NCBI GenBank assembly: GCA_038231435.1
Contig: JBBRLJ010000061.1
Span: forward strand, 1-25,116
Origin: Planctomycetota bacterium
Lineage (GTDB): Bacteria; Planctomycetota; UBA11346
Direction of reading: 5' to 3'
DNA length: 25,116 nucleotides
Part shown: positions 8,580 to 19,036 of the stretch, piece after piece
How positions within the stretch are numbered: the first letter of the stretch is position 1
Layout: the number at the start of each line of letters is the position of its first letter
Notes under the pieces: generated by a model
The model's database searches: none
Seen by the model: only the letters and a program-made list of their open reading frames with translations
Told to the model about the DNA's origin: nothing
Position numbers and translations under genes: made by a program

Positions 8580-10906
8580 TCAGGGATGAGTACGCGCATT
8601 CCCAGGTTTTCCAAACGTGATATCGGCGGCGAGTGGGAGCGGGCCGCGGCGCGACAGAGTTCGGGCGCCATGTCGAAGGCGCCGCCGCGGCAGACGCGGT
8701 CGCCCGACGAGGGCGCGTCGGCGCGCGGGTCCACGCTCTCGCTGCCCGCGACGAACGCGTACGGAGCCCAGGCGTCGAAGCACCATTCGAGCGCGTTGCC
8801 GTGCATGTCGAAGATGCCCCAGGCGTTCGCCGCCTTTCCCTGGCGAACCGGCATCAGCGCGGCCGCATTGCGCTGCGTCCAGGCGTGGTCGGCAAGCGCA
8901 TCGGTGTCCAACTCGTGTCCGGCGCGGCAGGCGTACTCCCATTCGGCTTCGCTGGGCAGCCGCACCGTGGTGCCCAGCCCATCACCGAGGCGCTGGCAGA
9001 AGTCGCGCGCCTCGTCCCAGGTGACGCCGGTGACCGGCAGCGTCGATGGATCCGACGCTCCACCCATCACCGCCTGCCATTGCGCCACCGTGGTCTCGCT
9101 GTTCGCGATCCAGGAACCATGAGTCAGGCGCACCGTGTGCAGCGCGGCGTCGTCATGATACCCCGGCGCCTCCACGGCGTGCCCCATGGTGAAGACCCCG
9201 GGCGGACAGTAGCGGAAGCGCTGCATGTAGCCCGCGCACTGGGCCTCGATCCACGGGCCGAAATCATCGCAATCCGCGCGCTTGGCCCAGACTGGCGCGG
9301 GCGCGCGCGCGGGATCCGCCCAGGCGAGCGCGCGACGGCGCTGTTCGCCACGCTCGCGCAGATCGTCGAGTTCGGCGCCGGCGGGGAGATCACCGACGAA
9401 CGCCGCCCAGGCCCGGCACATCAGCCGCGCCGGCGTGACCGCCGCGTGCTTCGCTTCGAGCTGTTCGAGGCGCGCTGTCCACAGCTCGCGCCGCTCGCGG
9501 ATGCGCTCGACCTGTTCGGGCGAGGCTCCGGCGCTGATCGGTGGGACGCTGGCGGAGTACTTGGCTGGTTCCGGGGGCGTGCTGGGATTCGGATGCGCGC
9601 TCTCCGGTGTGTCCGCTGTGTCCGTTGTTGAGGGAGATCGCGCCACCGGCGAGAACACCCGGGTGGTATCAACTCGCGATCGAGGCCAGAGCAGCCACGT
9701 CACGCCGATGAGGGCCGCCACGCAGACGATCGCCAGCACCGCGCCCGGCGCGCGCGAGCGCGGGCGCGCCACCGCCCTAGCCAGCGGAGCGCCGTCCGCT
9801 TCGAGGCGCTGCAGATCCTCGATCAGCTCGGTCGCTGATTGATAGCGCGTGGCCGGATCCTTCTCCATGCACGCGAGCACCACCGCTTCGACCCCCGGCG
9901 GAATCGCCGGATCGAGTTCTCGCGGCGGCGTCGGCTTGCGCTCGAGGTGCTGGCAGAACACCTCCATGTGGGTCTCACCGGTGAACGGCTTGCGACCGGT
10001 GAGCAGCTCGTAGAAGACCACGCCCAGGCTGTAGAGGTCGGAGCGCTGGTCGCAGGAACGGCCCGAGCACTGCTCTGGGCTCATGTAGGCGTCGGTGCCC
10101 AGGATGATGCCGGTCGACGTGGTGCTGTGCGCGGCGTGCACCAGGCGCGCGAGACCGAAGTCCATGACCTTGAGCACGCCCTTGCTGGTGAGCATCAGGT
10201 TGCCCGGCTTGATGTCGCGGTGGACGATGCCGTGCTCGCCAGCGGCGGCCAGGCCCCGCGCGGCCTGCAGCATCAGGTTGACCACCAGGCGGGGGCCGGG
10301 GCGCCAGCCGCCCTTGAGCTTGCGCGCCAGATCCTCGCCCTCGACCAGTTCCATGACCAGGAAGTGGTGGTTCCGGTGGCGGCCGAAGACGTAGACGTGG
10401 ACGACGTTCGGCGAGTTGATGCGCGCCAGGGATTTCGCCTCCTGCTCGAAGCGCGCGATCAGCTCGGGATCTTCGCTGAGATTGCCCTTCAGCGCCTTGA
10501 TGGCGACCTGGCGGTCGAGGCTGTGCTGGCGCCCGGCGTAGACCGCGCCCATGCCGCCGCGTCCGATCAGAGGCCCGAGCTCGAAGTCGCCGCCCCACAC
10601 CTCGCCGCGATGCAGATGGACGGTCTCCGTCGAGGAGCCCGGCGCGTCGGCGAATTCGCTGCGACCCTTCGCCGCCACCGTGGCGGTGTCCTCGAGCGTG
10701 ACGGTCAATGGCCGCGCGAGCGCCGTCGGGCGGGTCGCGTCGGCGATGGTCGAGCGCAGGGTGGTATCGGTGCTGCGGCCCTCGGCGTTCCCAGCGAGCC
10801 CGCTCGACGATGCGTCGTCAGGGCCGTCGTCAGGACGTCCGTCGGGACGGTTTTCGTACAGGTCGGGACGGTGGCCGGGCACAAGGACGGGATTCGAGTA
10901 CTTCAC
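8576..10906 (-). CDS. Membrane Hanks-type Ser/Thr protein kinase with C-terminal FGE-sulfatase (SUMF1/EgtB/PvdO-like) domain
   Basis: GRGGMGAVY, VAIK, RFEQEA, HRDIKPGN, DFGLAR, YMSPEQ, SDLYSLG; TM segment VLAIVCVAALIGVTWLLW; FGE-like motifs PPGVFTMG, PVTGVTWDEA, RLPSEAEWEYACRAG, NAWGIFDMHGNALEW, RGGAF, GMRV. The GTG start is uncertain (in-frame stop at 10952-10954). Confidence 0.93.
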   Translation of the reverse strand: MKYSNPVLVPGHRPDLYENRPDGRPDDGPDDASSSGLAGNAEGRSTDTTLRSTIADATRPTALARPLTVTLEDTATVAAKGRSEFADAPGSSTETVHLHRGEVWGGDFELGPLIGRGGMGAVYAGRQHSLDRQVAIKALKGNLSEDPELIARFEQEAKSLARINSPNVVHVYVFGRHRNHHFLVMELVEGEDLARKLKGGWRPGPRLVVNLMLQAARGLAAAGEHGIVHRDIKPGNLMLTSKGVLKVMDFGLARLVHAAHSTTSTGIILGTDAYMSPEQCSGRSCDQRSDLYSLGVVFYELLTGRKPFTGETHMEVFCQHLERKPTPPRELDPAIPPGVEAVVLACMEKDPATRYQSATELIEDLQRLEADGAPLARAVARPRSRAPGAVLAIVCVAALIGVTWLLWPRSRVDTTRVFSPVARSPSTTDTADTPESAHPNPSTPPEPAKYSASVPPISAGASPEQVERIRERRELWTARLEQLEAKHAAVTPARLMCRAWAAFVGDLPAGAELDDLRERGEQRRRALAWADPARAPAPVWAKRADCDDFGPWIEAQCAGYMQRFRYCPPGVFTMGHAVEAPGYHDDAALHTVRLTHGSWIANSETTVAQWQAVMGGASDPSTLPVTGVTWDEARDFCQRLGDGLGTTVRLPSEAEWEYACRAGHELDTDALADHAWTQRNAAALMPVRQGKAANAWGIFDMHGNALEWCFDAWAPYAFVAGSESVDPRADAPSSGDRVCRGGAFDMAPELCRAAARSHSPPISRLENLGMRVLIPE

Positions 10907-11200
10907 GCGGGTGCCCGAGAAACCGGACCAGAAACATAACGTCCGTCGCGCTCAGGGTCAATGACGGCCTGGGCAGCACGGGATGCTCGACACCGCAGCG
11001 GGCGCTGTGGATGGCTGCGAATACGCCGCCCAGCCCATGGCCAGCGTGAGCGAGGTCGATCATATGGTCGGCGACCGGAGTCCGCTCATCCGCTCGCCGC
11101 ATGCGCGCGCAATTCTGCGCCACCTGCGCTTTACAACCACCACGGCCTGCGTATCAATCCCAGCCCTGTACGGCGGAGCGTGCTTCGCCCCGGAGACCAG

Positions 11201-13312
<2,112 letters not shown>

Positions 13313-13491
13313 CCTCGGGGCTATGGTTGGGATGCGCCCCACCCACCACAGTTGCAGTACCCTATCGTCCGGGTAGTACCCCGCCGCTCCGACGTTCGCG
13401 CCTCCGCTGACACCGATCTCGACGCCTTGGTGCGCCGCCGGGCGCGCCTCGCGCCATGGCCGATGAGATCCGCCACCGCATCGGTGGCCGT

Positions 13492-14349
13492 TCAGTGATG
13501 CCGTGCGCGGAACTCCTGCGGAGTCGTCTCCTCCTCAGCGCGGAAGCGCCGGTTGAAGGTGGCGAGGCTGTTGAAGCCCGCGGAGAAGGCGATGTCGGTG
13601 ATGCTGCGATCCTCGTTCTGGAGCATACGCTTTGCCTCCTCCAGGCGCAGTCTGGTCAGCGCCTGCAGGAAGGTCGTCTTCATGTACTTCTTCAGCAGCG
13701 CATTGATGGTCGAGATGCTGACCGAGGAGTCGCGCGCCACGTCGCCGAGCGATAGCGGCTCGCGGAAGCGACGGCGGAGCAATTCGTTGACCGCGCCCAG
13801 ACGCGCGAGCTCGTCGACGCGGAAATGCGACGACAGTTCCTGCAGCGCGAGGGTCTCGGCCTGATCGTCGCGCGCAAGCCGGGCGAAAGCGCGGTAGATG
13901 GATGCCACGGCGTCGACTCGGTCGGCCGAGGCCATCTCGCGCAGGATCCCCAATATGTCGTCGGCGGTCGCGCGCGCGAAGCGCAGTCCGCGTTTCGCGC
14001 GTGCGAGCACCGCCGACAGCGCCGACAACTCGGGCGCGCGGTGCCCTTCGAGCAGCATGGGATCGACATAGAGCACGTTGATCTCGAGCTGGGCGCCGTT
14101 GGGCAGGAAGCCCTCGGTGTGAAAGCAATGCGGCACCTCGGGTGCGAGCAGCAGCAGGTCTCCGGCCTTGAACTTCCCGCGATGATCGCCGACCAGGCTG
14201 ATACCGTCGCCTTGGGTGAAGTGGATCAGCTCAAAGCACGGGTGCGCGTGGACAAAATACGGGAACCTGCCCGCGAGCCCATGAGTCACGATGAAGGAAC
14301 GATCCACCGGGATGGGACTCGAGCTGGCCGAGGGCTTGGTGCGCATCAT
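13492..14349 (-). CDS. AraC-family transcriptional regulator with N-terminal cupin ligand-binding domain
   Basis: Cupin HAHPCFELIHF...GDLLLLAPEVPH, and C-terminal double HTH RLEEAKRML...SITDIAFSAGFNSLATFNRRFR....TPQEFR. Confidence 0.95.
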   Translation of the reverse strand: MMRTKPSASSSPIPVDRSFIVTHGLAGRFPYFVHAHPCFELIHFTQGDGISLVGDHRGKFKAGDLLLLAPEVPHCFHTEGFLPNGAQLEINVLYVDPMLLEGHRAPELSALSAVLARAKRGLRFARATADDILGILREMASADRVDAVASIYRAFARLARDDQAETLALQELSSHFRVDELARLGAVNELLRRRFREPLSLGDVARDSSVSISTINALLKKYMKTTFLQALTRLRLEEAKRMLQNEDRSITDIAFSAGFNSLATFNRRFRAEEETTPQEFRARHH

Positions 14350-14543
14350 TTCCGAGCAGTGTACGTAGAGGGGCGATTGCGGTCAAATAGACATAAGATG
14401 ACATAGTAAAGCATGTTAGAGGCAGGAACGCCGGCCGATCACGATTAATGAGGACTCCAGACACCCGAACTGGCCACGAAAAATGATCAGCCCACCCCCA
14501 GTGCTGATTGGCGAGACGGCCGCGCGCGGCGTATGCTTCCATC
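14350..14543. promoter_or_regulatory. Divergent promoter region between the AraC gene and the dioxygenase operon
   Basis: Locally AT-rich stretch (about 14385-14420) between divergent genes, direct repeat gacata at 14390 and 14400, inverted repeat atcagc/gctgat at 14486-14508. Exact promoter elements not identified. Confidence 0.55.
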
Positions 14544-15485
14544 ATGAGCACCGTGATCGAGCAGGCTCCCGTCATCGCATCCACCACGGCGTCCACGCCG
14601 CCGGCGGTCGCAGCCGACCATGGCTTCGACAATGGCCACTTCGCCGCCAAGGGCAGCGGCGACAACATCTATCGCGGGCCGCTCGAGCCGCTGGCGATCA
14701 CGCGCCACGCCAGCATCCGCGCCGCTGCCGAGGCGATGTACACCGATGGCTACGTGACCGTCCCGGAGGCGCTCGACCGCGCCGAGGTCGCCGAGCTGCG
14801 CGCGCTCATGGACTCGATGGGTGGCCCAGACGAGCAGTACGAGCACAAGAACTGGTGCTTCAACAAACACGTCTCGACCGATTTCCACGGCGACGCCCGC
14901 CTGCTGAAGTACATCGATCGCACTGGTCTCATCGAGGTGGTCGAGGCGGTCCTCGGCCCGGCGTGCCGCATCATCGGCGGTTCGATGTGGGTCACCGGCA
15001 AGGGCCGGGCGATGGGCATGCACGTCGACGCCCAGCCGGTCAAGCTGCCGGCGGACATCGCCGCCGACCCGCGCGTGCGCATGCCGATCTTCTCGGGAAC
15101 CGTGCACTTCTACCTGGACGATCTTTGCCAGGAACTGGGACCGACCCTGGTCATCCCCGGCAGCCATCGCGCGGGGCACGCGCCGCACAACGAGCCGACG
15201 TGGAACGGCGTCGCCCCGCGGATGGTGATGTTCGGCGCCGGCGGCGCCTGTTTCTTCCGGCACGACCTGTGGCATGGCGCGGCGATGAACAGCAGCGATC
15301 GCCGCCGCTACATGATGCAGGTGCATTACAGCCATCCGACCCTCGGCATCTGGAACCCTCCGGCCAAGTCGATGGACGCAGCGGTCTTCGCCGCGGCGAC
15401 GCCGCGCCAGCGCCGGCTGCTCGGCGGTGGCCAGGCGCCGGCGGCGGGCGATCCGAAACAGGATCCCCCGAAGCGCGCCGCATGA
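14544..15485 (+). CDS. PhyH-like (phytanoyl-CoA dioxygenase family) Fe(II)/2-oxoglutarate dioxygenase, paralog 1
   Basis: DGYVTVPEALD, HxD (HVD), FYLDD...GPTLVIPGSH, distal His in LWHGAAMN, and a 2OG-binding Arg in SDRRRY. Confidence 0.9.
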   Translation: MSTVIEQAPVIASTTASTPPAVAADHGFDNGHFAAKGSGDNIYRGPLEPLAITRHASIRAAAEAMYTDGYVTVPEALDRAEVAELRALMDSMGGPDEQYEHKNWCFNKHVSTDFHGDARLLKYIDRTGLIEVVEAVLGPACRIIGGSMWVTGKGRAMGMHVDAQPVKLPADIAADPRVRMPIFSGTVHFYLDDLCQELGPTLVIPGSHRAGHAPHNEPTWNGVAPRMVMFGAGGACFFRHDLWHGAAMNSSDRRRYMMQVHYSHPTLGIWNPPAKSMDAAVFAAATPRQRRLLGGGQAPAAGDPKQDPPKRAA

Positions 15486-16465
15486 TCGCGCCATCATCCC
15501 CAGGAGCATCCATGCCCGCCTCCCAGTCCGACGCCCAGGTCCATCCGGGAATTCTGGAAATGGAATCGAGCATGGATGGCTTCGACAACGGCCACTTCAC
15601 CAGCAAGGGCAGCGGCGACACGCTGTACCGCGGCCCGATCGCGAGCCTGCCCTTGAAGCAGTTCCCGGATCACGTCGCCGCGGCCGAGGCGATGTTCACG
15701 GATGGCTGCGTGCTCTTCCCTGGAGCCCTCGATCGCGGCGAGGTCGCAAGCCTGCGCGCGCTCATCGATTCGCTCGGCGGCCCCGACGCGCAGTACGAGA
15801 TGCCGGGCTGGTGCTTCAACAAGCACCTCGCCACCGATTTCCACAACGATCCGCTGCAACTCCCGCTCATCGATCGCCCCGGCATCATCGAGGTGGTCGA
15901 GGACATCCTCGGAACCGCGTGCCGCGTCACCGGCGGCTCGATGTGGGTCACCGGCAAGGGCCGGGCGATGGGCATGCACATCGATAGCCAGCCACTACGC
16001 CTGCCGCCGGACATCGCCGCCGATCCGCGCGTGCGCATGCCGATCTTCTCGTGCACGGTGCAGTTCTACCTCGACGATCAGACGGCGGACCTCGGCGCGA
16101 CCATGGTGGTGCCGGGTAGCCACCGCGCGGGACGCGCGCCGGTGGACGAATCCTCATGGAACGGCGTCGCTCCGCAGATGGTCGGCTTTCCGGCCGGCGG
16201 CGCGTGCCTCTTCCGTCCCGATCTCTGGCATGGCGCGGCCATGAACAGCGGGGAGCGTCGGCGCTACGTCATCCAGGTGCATTACGGCCACCACACCATC
16301 CCGGTGACGATGCCCGCCGGGGGCATCGCGCCCGCGGTCCTGGCCATCGCCTCGCCGCGCCAGCGCCGGCTGCTCGGCCTGGGCAAGCCGCCATCGTCGG
16401 ATTACTCGTCCGACAGGAAATCCGACGCCAAGCCCGAGGTCAGCGTCGAGGCGAAGAAACCCTAG
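15482..16465 (+). CDS. PhyH-like Fe(II)/2-oxoglutarate dioxygenase, paralog 2
   Basis: C-terminal part of track ORF 14483-16465; HID, FYLDD..GATMVVPGSH, LWHGAAMN, RRRY. Colinear with paralog 1. ATG 15482 overlaps the paralog 1 stop (ATGA); downstream ATGs at 15512 and 15560 are alternative starts. Confidence 0.88.
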   Translation: MIAPSSPGASMPASQSDAQVHPGILEMESSMDGFDNGHFTSKGSGDTLYRGPIASLPLKQFPDHVAAAEAMFTDGCVLFPGALDRGEVASLRALIDSLGGPDAQYEMPGWCFNKHLATDFHNDPLQLPLIDRPGIIEVVEDILGTACRVTGGSMWVTGKGRAMGMHIDSQPLRLPPDIAADPRVRMPIFSCTVQFYLDDQTADLGATMVVPGSHRAGRAPVDESSWNGVAPQMVGFPAGGACLFRPDLWHGAAMNSGERRRYVIQVHYGHHTIPVTMPAGGIAPAVLAIASPRQRRLLGLGKPPSSDYSSDRKSDAKPEVSVEAKKP

Positions 16466-16589
16466 GTAGGGCAGGTCGCCGTCGGCGCGTGGTCGACCGA
16501 TCTTCCAGTGCCCAAATGTCCAATCTCCACACCATCGCCCATCGGGATCATGCCATCGGGCTACCCACGGGTGGTCTAGCCAGGAATCC

Positions 16590-17351
16590 ATGATCGATCT
16601 CAGCGGCAAGCACGTCTTCATCGCCGGCGGCAGCCGCGGCATCGGCGCGGGCTCGGCGCGTATGGCCGCGCGCGCGGGAGCGAACGTCAGCATCACCTAC
16701 CGCGCCGACTCCGCCGCGGCAGACGCGGTGGTTGCATCCATCGTCGCGGCCGGCGGACAAGCCATGGCGGTACGCGCCGAGATCCAGGACGAGGCCCAGG
16801 TGGATGCGGCGGTCGAGGCCGCATCCGCGCGCTTCGGCTCGCCGCACGGCGTGGTGGTATCGGCAGGCGTGTTCGAACACATGCCGATCGAGACCATGAC
16901 GCTCGAGTTCTGGAACCGCACCATGGGCATCAACCTCACCGGTACGATGCTGACGGTGAAGGCCGCAGCGAAGCGCATGCGCGCGGCCAAGGCGGGCGGA
17001 TCGATCGTCATCTACACCTCCACCGCCGGCCAGAGTGGAGGGGGCGGCGGCGGATCCGCCTACTGCGTCAGCAAGGCGGCGCAGATCATGTTCAGCCGCT
17101 GCATGGCGCACGAGCTCTCGGGCGACCGCATCCGCGTGAATTGCGTGGCCCCGGCCTGGACCGAGACCGACATGGCGGATGCGAGCCTGGAGCGCATCGG
17201 CCGCGAGAAGGTGGCGAAGAGCTTCCCGCTGGGCCGCATCGGGCGCGTCGACGACATCGCTGGGGCCACCTGCTACCTGCTCAGCGACGTCGCCGCCTTC
17301 GTCACCGGCACCACGGTGACGGTGGACGGCGGCCTGGCGATGCGGGGGTGA
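16590..17351 (+). CDS. Short-chain dehydrogenase/reductase (classical SDR, FabG-like)
   Basis: GGSRGIG, catalytic YCVSK (YxxxK), IRVNCVAP..TETDM, PLGRIG..DDIA, FVTGTTVTVDGG. AGGA RBS upstream. Confidence 0.94.
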   Translation: MIDLSGKHVFIAGGSRGIGAGSARMAARAGANVSITYRADSAAADAVVASIVAAGGQAMAVRAEIQDEAQVDAAVEAASARFGSPHGVVVSAGVFEHMPIETMTLEFWNRTMGINLTGTMLTVKAAAKRMRAAKAGGSIVIYTSTAGQSGGGGGGSAYCVSKAAQIMFSRCMAHELSGDRIRVNCVAPAWTETDMADASLERIGREKVAKSFPLGRIGRVDDIAGATCYLLSDVAAFVTGTTVTVDGGLAMRG

Positions 17352-17414
17352 TGGTCCATCGTCCGTCGTCGACACCCGACGCAGGACGACGCGACGAACA
17401 TTTCCCTGACGTTC

Positions 17415-18965
17415 CTACCCTCGCCGCAGATAGACGTCAGCGTAATCGTAACAGCGTTCGCGCAGCCAGCGCATCAGCACCAGGTAGCCGATCGGCACGC
17501 CGAGCGCCAGCGGAGCGAAGAGCGCGCCCAGCACCACCAGCGCCACCACGCTGCCCAGTGCGAGCCCGAGCACTCCGACCATCGCCATCACCAGGGCGCG
17601 GTGGGTGTGCGGAATGGCCAGGCCGATCCACACCGTGAAGAACATGTAAGGAGGCAGCAGGAAGGTGGTGAACACGAACATCGCCAAGGCGCCGGCGCCA
17701 GCCATCGGCAACGCCACGAACATCGCGACCACCGCAGTCACCAGCACGATCAGGAGCGCCCAGAAGATATTCTCGAGCCCACGCATCTTCTGCGCGACCA
17801 TGTCCTTCGGCGACAGGGGGGTGGTCAGCAGCACTTCGAGCGTCTGGCCCGTGCGCTCGTTGGCGAACAGGCACGCGCCGAGCACCAGCAGCGTCAAGAC
17901 CGCCATGCCGAGCAGGACGCTGAACAGCACCAGCAACAGCTTCGAGCAGGTGCGCTCGTCGCAGCTCACGGCGATGGTCGCGATCAGCGAGACCACCGCG
18001 ATCTCGATCGGCAGCAGCATCCGCAGCAGGCTCGGCCAGCTGGTCAGGGCCCGCCGCGAGCGTTCGCGCCAGGCGACCGGATCTTCGCCAGGCAACGCGT
18101 GGATGGTCGCGGCGCGGCGCACCGCGATGCGCCCGATGCTGCGATCGAACCAGCGCATGTACGTGTGCAGCCAGTTGGTACCGGCGGTCGCGAGCGCGCG
18201 CCGCGTCAGCACCACGCGCGTGATGATCAACAGCACGGGCACGGTCAGCATCATCGGCAGCACGGACATCGGATCGGCATGGTCGCGGTCGGCGCGCACC
18301 AGATCCAGCGCGGACAGGCTTGGTATCGAGCCGCCGATCAGCAGCGAATCGCAGGCCAGGTCCGCCCCCTCGAGCAGCACCATCACGAGGTAGGTCGCCA
18401 CCAGCGCCGATACCGTGGTGCGGAACCACGCGCTCATCAGCAGCGCCAGCGAGCCCACCTGCATGCTCACCGCGAACAGCGCTGCGATGCCGGTCCAGAG
18501 ATGTCCCGCGGTGTAGCCGCCATAGGCGTAGGTGATGACGATCAGCGGCATCGCGGAGACGATGTAGCACGCCATCTCGATCTGCCGCGAGAACCACTTC
18601 TGCAGCACCAGATCCCAGGGGCTCATGGGCGTGAGCAGCAGCAGTACCAGGCTGCCGCGCTCCTTCTCGCGCGCGAACGCGCCTGCGCACAGCGCAGGCA
18701 TGACCAGCAGGACGCCCGACAGCTGCAGCCAGACCAGGGAATCGAAGAGGCCGCCTCCGCGGCCGAGCATGGCCATCTGCCCCTGGCCGCGGTACTGATC
18801 GAGCTGCTGCAGGTAGAGCATCGCGAACGCCACGAACACCACCGCGGCGTACGCGGCGCGCGTCCAATAGGTGCGCTTGCGCGAGGCGCTCTCGATCAGT
18901 TCCTTGACCAGCAGGGGGAACGAGGGCATCGGCGCGCTGAACATCGTCCGACGAGTATACACCAT
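17415..18965 (-). CDS. ABC-2-type permease-like membrane protein with two tandem modules
   Basis: About 12 hydrophobic segments and the repeated motif AFAREKERGSLVLLLLTPMSPWDLVLQK / LFANERTGQTLEVLLTTPLSPKDMVAQK, with DPVAWRE at the start of module 2. Start codon uncertain. Confidence 0.82.
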   Translation of the reverse strand: MVYTRRTMFSAPMPSFPLLVKELIESASRKRTYWTRAAYAAVVFVAFAMLYLQQLDQYRGQGQMAMLGRGGGLFDSLVWLQLSGVLLVMPALCAGAFAREKERGSLVLLLLTPMSPWDLVLQKWFSRQIEMACYIVSAMPLIVITYAYGGYTAGHLWTGIAALFAVSMQVGSLALLMSAWFRTTVSALVATYLVMVLLEGADLACDSLLIGGSIPSLSALDLVRADRDHADPMSVLPMMLTVPVLLIITRVVLTRRALATAGTNWLHTYMRWFDRSIGRIAVRRAATIHALPGEDPVAWRERSRRALTSWPSLLRMLLPIEIAVVSLIATIAVSCDERTCSKLLLVLFSVLLGMAVLTLLVLGACLFANERTGQTLEVLLTTPLSPKDMVAQKMRGLENIFWALLIVLVTAVVAMFVALPMAGAGALAMFVFTTFLLPPYMFFTVWIGLAIPHTHRALVMAMVGVLGLALGSVVALVVLGALFAPLALGVPIGYLVLMRWLRERCYDYADVYLRRG

Positions 18966-19036
18966 GGCCAGGCTGACGCCCTGGACCGCCTCGGACTGCT
19001 AGGCCGCTGGCGGCCGAGGCGCCGACGCCGCGACGG

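Noticed and set aside
8576..9230. FGE/CLec domain as the target of a diversity-generating retroelement
   Set aside because: No second copy of the 3' region differing at adenines (template repeat) and no reverse transcriptase in the window; a remote DGR cannot be excluded.
10830..11123. 97-aa minus-strand ORF as a small gene or frameshifted kinase N-terminus
   Set aside because: No recognisable motif, it overlaps the kinase start in another frame, and no slippery site was evident.
13313..13491. Terminator between convergent hppA and the AraC gene
   Set aside because: Only weak imperfect hairpins and no U-tract on either strand.
14483..15481. 660-aa ORF 14483-16465 as one protein or a frameshifted fusion
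   Set aside because: Its N-half is an Arg-rich off-frame reading of dioxygenase 1; the real second gene starts at about 15482 with an ordinary ATGA overlap.
16466..16589. GTAG-REP or riboswitch before the SDR
   Set aside because: GTAG at 16466 is followed by only a weak palindrome and there is no similarity to the terminal repeat or to a riboswitch I recognise.
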